Shown here piece by piece: positions 58,831-64,000 of a DNA stretch of 64,000 nucleotides. The notes beneath the pieces were generated by a model, which saw only the letters and a list, made by a program, of their open reading frames with translations, was not told the origin of the DNA and made no database searches. The stretch spans positions 544,001 through 608,000 of the forward strand of contig JAHPZA010000006.1 of assembly GCA_019058445.1 (NCBI GenBank). Reading direction: 5' to 3'. This DNA is from Promethearchaeota archaeon. GTDB taxonomy: Archaea > Asgardarchaeota > Lokiarchaeia > Sigyniarchaeales > SOKP01. Positions within the stretch are counted from its first letter, which is position 1. Each line of letters begins with the position of its first letter. Made by a program: the position numbers and the translations under genes.

Positions 58831-59958
58831 TTAAATATATTGGAGTATAACTGAATAATACTCTAAATCTAAAATATAACGAATAATTACGTACATAATA
58901 GAACATCCTATTGGGATTAAAAGATTATCTGATAATTTTATTGGTTTACTCGTACTTATATCAAAAATCATAAATGCTCCAGCCAAAAGAATTCCATAAA
59001 AAGGTCCTATAAAAATTACGCATATTATAAAGCTTGTGATGGTACCTGCTAAAGTCCCTTCATATGTTTTATTGGGATTCCATGCGATATGTTTTTTCCC
59101 ATATCGTATTCCAACTTGGCTTGTCATTAAATCTCCTATCGAACTCATTCCTAAAATGGCAAAAAAAACCATTGGGGGGCATAAAAACGCTGCGAACATT
59201 TGCCCTATACAAAAATAAAGATATGTACAATATGATTGCTTCTCCTCCTCAGACATAATTAATATTGGAAGGATATTAAACGGAAACGCTAGATATTTAG
59301 TTTTTCGCGTTAGTTCATTTACAAGCATTATAATGCAAAAGATATAGAAAAAGAAAAATAGTACATAGTAGAACCATTGTAATGAAAACATAATATTTTC
59401 TATAGAATTTGGCTTTGTCAATATTCTAAAGTATAAATAAAGCATATTGGTTGAATCTGGATCAATTTTTATTTTTTCATTGTTATCATCATTATTAGTA
59501 GATTCCCTTACCATATTATAACTAATGTACCAAAGACCAATGAGACCAATAAAGATTAATACGTGATTTATCTTTCTGATAATATCTTTTTTAATTTTGC
59601 TTGTTTCATTTAATCTATTTTCCAATCTATTTATAAATTTACTAACGTCTTTTTCTTTCGATAATAATTTAAATAAACCTACGAATGCTGTCGATACGAG
59701 TAATATGGCACCAATTAAGACAATAGGCAAAAGGAGTGTGAATGTGAAGAGAGGTAATGTTTCATGATGAAGGTCCTCATCTTGTACCATTAAAATAAGG
59801 AATAAGAGTATGTTTATAAACACAAAAAATAAAGCTCCAAAACTTACCATATTACTAAGGACATCTGATCTATATGAAAAATACAGAAATCCAAAAAGCA
59901 TAAGAAAATAAGAAACCAACAATAATAAATACCAAATATAGAAAATGCTAATAAACAT
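58831..59958 (-). CDS. Dolichol/polyprenol kinase-cytidylyltransferase family membrane protein
   Basis: Motifs RKINH, GDLMTSQVGIRYG, NKTYEGT and SDNLLIP. Confidence 0.8.
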   Translation of the reverse strand: MFISIFYIWYLLLLVSYFLMLFGFLYFSYRSDVLSNMVSFGALFFVFINILLFLILMVQDEDLHHETLPLFTFTLLLPIVLIGAILLVSTAFVGLFKLLSKEKDVSKFINRLENRLNETSKIKKDIIRKINHVLIFIGLIGLWYISYNMVRESTNNDDNNEKIKIDPDSTNMLYLYFRILTKPNSIENIMFSLQWFYYVLFFFFYIFCIIMLVNELTRKTKYLAFPFNILPILIMSEEEKQSYCTYLYFCIGQMFAAFLCPPMVFFAILGMSSIGDLMTSQVGIRYGKKHIAWNPNKTYEGTLAGTITSFIICVIFIGPFYGILLAGAFMIFDISTSKPIKLSDNLLIPIGCSIMYVIIRYILDLEYYSVILQYI

Positions 59959-60055
59959 TTGACAACTAATAAATTAGTTAATTTATTAAATGAATCAATC
60001 TGAGTTTAAAAGGAAAGAAACCATAAATATAATTTACTAAAAATAAAGCTTAATT

Positions 60056-60652
60056 ATGAAAAATATCGTTTTAGCTTCCAAATCCTTGGACCGCGGGGAA
60101 ATTTTTAAACGCGCGAATATTCCATTTGAGGTTATGGTAACCAACATAGATGAGGATGAATATAAAAAAGAAATTTCTAATCCTATTGAATTAGTAAAGC
60201 AATTGGCGAATGCAAAAGCGCTTAACGCAAAAAAAAAATTAGCTCAAGAGAACAAAGAAGCAATCATAGTAGCGGCTGATACTATCGTTGAATTAGATGG
60301 TGTAATTATTGGGAAGGCTAACGATGAGGAGCATGCATTTAGAATTTTAAAGAAATTAGTGGGAAAACCTCATAATTTAATTACGGGTATTGCTGTTACT
60401 GAGACTTATAATCCTAAAATCATCTTAGATCATGACTCTACTTCAGTCACATTTTTAGATTTAACTGATAAAGAAATTTGGGATTATATTGCATCTGGAG
60501 AATGGCAAGGAAGAGCTGGGGCATATTCTATTAGAGAAAAGGCAAGTCTTTTTATCGAAGCCATTCAAGGTTCCTCTTCAAACGTTATAGGATTACCCAT
60601 GTCTAAATTTTACCAGATCTTAAAAAAAGAATTTAATCAAATTCTACTCTAA
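60056..60652 (+). CDS. maf: Maf-family nucleoside triphosphate pyrophosphatase
   Basis: Motifs VLASKS, AADTIV, IGK, RAGAY and NVIGLP. Confidence 0.9.
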   Translation: MKNIVLASKSLDRGEIFKRANIPFEVMVTNIDEDEYKKEISNPIELVKQLANAKALNAKKKLAQENKEAIIVAADTIVELDGVIIGKANDEEHAFRILKKLVGKPHNLITGIAVTETYNPKIILDHDSTSVTFLDLTDKEIWDYIASGEWQGRAGAYSIREKASLFIEAIQGSSSNVIGLPMSKFYQILKKEFNQILL

Positions 60653-61624
60653 TGATTGTTCTTTTAAATTAATGATTTCTTTTTCAATTATTTCATAATC
60701 TTGGGGATAAAATATTTTAAAAATCCTATACCAATCAATTCCAATTAATCCTCCTGCTATAAAGCAAAGGAGATAACCCAGTTGAATAACTAATTCGTCA
60801 TCGATATTAAAAATTTGATATGGTAAGAAATCAATTCCATATATGATCATATTTACAGAAATGATGGTCAATAACATTCCAAGTGGATATATTATTAATT
60901 TAGGAACTTTAAAAAAATGGAGGTCTTCTTTTGTTAAATGTTTAAAAACACGGTTTTGAACTTTTTCAAGATTATTTTGCGCTTTTAATTTAATTTCAAT
61001 GAAGTTTAAATGAATTATATCACGCCAATCTCGAAAGAAAAAAAAACTCCCTAATAATAAGAATATGAATGAAAGAATTTGAACAAATAATAGAATTAAG
61101 CTTGATCTTCGGTAATAAGGATGGCTTAAAAAAAGTAAAGATGGTCTTAGTAGGAGTAAAAAAAATCCTATTATGAGAAAAATAAGACCCACGAATCCCT
61201 CATGTAAATGATATCTCCCTAAAATTGTAGCAGCTTCAAATTTGGCTGTGATTTTCTTTATATCATAAGCAATATAGACAATCAATCCAGGTGCTATCAT
61301 TGAAAAGGAAATTAGAGTAATTAATTCCCAAAAATCCCAAAAGAAGCGGGATAATGGAATTAATCCTAGAACATATGCAATAATCCAAGTAAATATCATA
61401 AAAAGCATAATATATTTGAAAAACCGGAGATAGTGGTTAAAATTAAGAAAAAAGATAAATGAAAAGAAAAGAATATTAAGTAGAATGAGCAGTAAAAAGC
61501 GGCTAAACGCAATTTCAAAGGAATTATATACATAAGTTCTTTTGGAATAATCATAAAGTAAAAATGAACTAATACTAAAAATCAAGCATATAAATATTAC
61601 TGTTAATCTATAGGCCTTTCTCAT
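60644..61624 (-). CDS. Hypothetical polytopic membrane protein
   Basis: Multiple TM segments; GRYHLHEG. Confidence 0.7.
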   Translation of the reverse strand: MRKAYRLTVIFICLIFSISSFLLYDYSKRTYVYNSFEIAFSRFLLLILLNILFFSFIFFLNFNHYLRFFKYIMLFMIFTWIIAYVLGLIPLSRFFWDFWELITLISFSMIAPGLIVYIAYDIKKITAKFEAATILGRYHLHEGFVGLIFLIIGFFLLLLRPSLLFLSHPYYRRSSLILLFVQILSFIFLLLGSFFFFRDWRDIIHLNFIEIKLKAQNNLEKVQNRVFKHLTKEDLHFFKVPKLIIYPLGMLLTIISVNMIIYGIDFLPYQIFNIDDELVIQLGYLLCFIAGGLIGIDWYRIFKIFYPQDYEIIEKEIINLKEQSLE

Positions 61625-61738
61625 TAAAACGTTAAATGAATTTTGTATTTAAAGTTTAGCTAATATGATATTACTTTTTTGATTTTTAATGCTTATATTA
61701 TAGATTTAAAATGAAGTAAAAAAAAATAATAAAAAATG

Positions 61739-62479
61739 TTAATCCTGTTTTATCAAACGATTTGCTATAGGATCAGGTAAAAAGAATCCTAAATAATATT
61801 CAATAGCGCTTGAAATTAGTAATAGTCTAACTATCACTAATTCTAATGGTGTAAATGTTAATATAGCGTCTAAAAAAGCACCAACGGCAAATGATATAAT
61901 GGCTATCAAGAAAAACCTCCCTTTCCATTGAATCGAAGGATCTTCTGAACGCATTGAATTCCTTGCAAAGATAATTCCTGTAATAAGTACAGTAAATATT
62001 CCAAAAACTTTAAAGATATCAGGAATCATATTATGAGAAGCGTCAAACCTTCCCTCCTCACTCCATGTTCCAATAATCTCAGGATTTATTATCAATGCAA
62101 TTATAAGATATATTTCATATATTACACAAATAATTCCAAAGATTACTGTCATCTTTCTTACCGATCTCGGATAGACAAGAGTAGAAAAAGCATAAATCCA
62201 ACATACTATAGCCAATGGAATAAAAACATTTTCCATAAAAAGATAAGGAAATAATTCTAGTTCATAGTCAACTAATACGTACAATAGAAACGCGAGTGAA
62301 TTTCCCATCCAAGGAGTAGCGATACCCATCCACGCAATTCCAACTCCAACCAATTCCATACGTTTGTGCTCAAAATATTTCAGTAATATCCTTATCCCTA
62401 CTAATAGCGATATTACAACGAATATTGTGGTAAAAATTCCATGAAGTATATCTAATTCCGATAATTCTTCTATTCCCAT
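61739..62479 (-). CDS. 7-TM membrane protein
   Basis: Seven hydrophobic segments. Confidence 0.7.
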   Translation of the reverse strand: MGIEELSELDILHGIFTTIFVVISLLVGIRILLKYFEHKRMELVGVGIAWMGIATPWMGNSLAFLLYVLVDYELELFPYLFMENVFIPLAIVCWIYAFSTLVYPRSVRKMTVIFGIICVIYEIYLIIALIINPEIIGTWSEEGRFDASHNMIPDIFKVFGIFTVLITGIIFARNSMRSEDPSIQWKGRFFLIAIISFAVGAFLDAILTFTPLELVIVRLLLISSAIEYYLGFFLPDPIANRLIKQD

Positions 62480-62594
62480 AAAATCACTTAATTTATTGTA
62501 AATGGTAATATAACTATTGTATAATACTTATTGTATTTAAACATATATTCAATACTGAACTCATTTAAATTATCTTTCATAATTAGAAATCAAA

Positions 62595-63164
62595 ATGACA
62601 AGTTTTATAGCGTGTGTAGGCTCTCTTAATCCTACAAAAGTAAATGCGGTCAAAGCTGCATTTGAAAAATATTTTACTGAATTTGAAATCTTCAACATTG
62701 AAGTGAATTCAGAGGTTCCTAATCAGCCTATTGGAATGGAATCAATTTTAAAAGAAGCAAAAATTAGAGCTGAATATGCATTAAAATACCTCATTAATGA
62801 AAAACATATAAATACAAATATTTTCGGAATTGGCATAGAAGCGGGATTAGTTAAAGTACCATTTACGAAAACAAACTATATGGATTTTCAGTTTTGTGTT
62901 ATAATAGACGAAAATGGAATCACAACCCTAGGTTCTGGAATAGCTTTTGAATATCCACAGTCAGTTATTAATGAAATTCTTTCAAACCAAGAAAATGAAA
63001 TAGGTACTATCGTAGGAAAGCTCGCAAATAACTTAAACTTGAAAAATGAAGCTGGTGCAATCAGTTTTTTAAGTAAAAATGTTATTACACGAACAGAAAT
63101 TCTAACGCAAGCTGTTATTTGTGCCTTACTACCTCGGATAAATAGGGAATTATATGAGTTATAA
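62595..63164 (+). CDS. Inosine/xanthosine triphosphatase (YjjX family)
   Basis: Motifs VGSLNPTKVNAV, SEVPNQP, GIEAG, GAI and TR. Confidence 0.85.
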   Translation: MTSFIACVGSLNPTKVNAVKAAFEKYFTEFEIFNIEVNSEVPNQPIGMESILKEAKIRAEYALKYLINEKHINTNIFGIGIEAGLVKVPFTKTNYMDFQFCVIIDENGITTLGSGIAFEYPQSVINEILSNQENEIGTIVGKLANNLNLKNEAGAISFLSKNVITRTEILTQAVICALLPRINRELYEL

Positions 63165-64000
63165 ACTCTTTAATATAGGTCTATTTTGGTTAAACGCCTC
63201 CATAATACCATCAAATCGAGCTTTTATAAATCTTTTCCATATTAATCCGATTTCCGTTAATATATAAAATATATCATTTTTCATTGCCTCAAATACAACA
63301 TCGCCTGCTTGATCGGGAGAAGTACCTTGTTCCAGTGATGTTATAAATGCTTTGATAAATTGTTCTGTTTCAGGATATTTTTTTATCATTCTTTCCAAGC
63401 ATGGTTCATAATCCGGACCACAAAATTCTGCTGGGCGATTTCTTTCGCTATTTATGATATTAGTGTTCACAAATCCAGGACAAAGAACTGAAACACTAAT
63501 CTTGCTTCCCATTCCTCCAAAACTTGCTCGTAGATTCTCAGAAAGTGCAACTACTCCATGTTTTGTGATACTATATATTCCATTTCCTGGATCTCCAGAG
63601 ACTAATCCCGCGCTGGATGCGGTATTAACAATATGACAATCATTATCTTGCTGAAGCATTATCGGTATAAAAGTTCGAATCCCATGGATTACACCCCATA
63701 AATTTACTCCCATAACCCAATTCCAATCCTTTAATGTGCACTCCCAAATAGGTCCTGGAGCAGCAACCCCGGCATTATTACATAATAAATGGACTTCTCC
63801 AAATGCGTCGATTGTTTTTTGGGCTAAATTTTCAATAGCTTCGGCTTTTGAAACATCAGTCAAAACTGAGATTACTTCTGTTCCCGATGCCTTAAATTCT
63901 TCTTCAGCTTGAATCAAAGCATCTTTTTCAATATCAGCCAATACCACTTTCATACCCTCTTTGGCAGCCCTTCTCGCTATGCCAAGTCCTATTCCGCTGG
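63159..64000 (-). CDS. Short-chain dehydrogenase/reductase (5' truncated)
   Basis: SGIGLGIA upstream of the listed Met; motifs NNAGV, VNTAS, YSITK and CPG. Confidence 0.9.
   Translation of the reverse strand, partial: SGIGLGIARRAAKEGMKVVLADIEKDALIQAEEEFKASGTEVISVLTDVSKAEAIENLAQKTIDAFGEVHLLCNNAGVAAPGPIWECTLKDWNWVMGVNLWGVIHGIRTFIPIMLQQDNDCHIVNTASSAGLVSGDPGNGIYSITKHGVVALSENLRASFGGMGSKISVSVLCPGFVNTNIINSERNRPAEFCGPDYEPCLERMIKKYPETEQFIKAFITSLEQGTSPDQAGDVVFEAMKNDIFYILTEIGLIWKRFIKARFDGIMEAFNQNRPILKSL

Noticed and set aside
651-63636. Numerous short ORFs nested in or antisense to long genes (e.g. 651-962, 4058-4414, 12165-12506, 25017-25541, 51392-51811)
   Set aside because: They are shadow frames of well-supported CDSs and carry no motifs.

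Overview
AT-rich archaeal chromosome segment, most likely Asgard (Lokiarchaeia-like). This assignment is an inference from a Loki-CTERM-type 'VPGY-TM-basic' tail, longin and roadblock proteins, four SCP2 proteins, a SAMP-type ubiquitin-like protein, GGTG/GGAGG ribosome-binding sites and intron-containing tRNAs. Most of the window is ordinary metabolism, including a dispersed Thermotoga-type myo-inositol pathway (iolG, iolM, iolN, iolO) with sugar transporters. The standout is the iolM locus (18100-22686). The gene is interrupted at a conserved Q|G junction by a 30-nt stop-containing insert (19114-19143). The insert folds into a relaxed bulge-helix-bulge (BHB) motif whose predicted cuts restore the reading frame exactly. 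All three tRNA introns in the window (tRNA-Arg 20a/21; tRNA-Asp 15/16 and 59/60) are also exactly 30 nt, and two of them share the insert's 1+9+5+9+4+2 geometry. Immediately downstream of iolM lies a convergent 722-aa multi-HTH protein with a PD-(D/E)xK-like domain and a C-terminal PIP box. After it come displaced relics of the iolM 3' end, the first of which starts exactly at the intron site. I interpret this as a candidate mobile cassette of an mRNA micro-intron, a replacement exon and a free-standing endonuclease. All calls were made by eye; no searches or folding programs were run.
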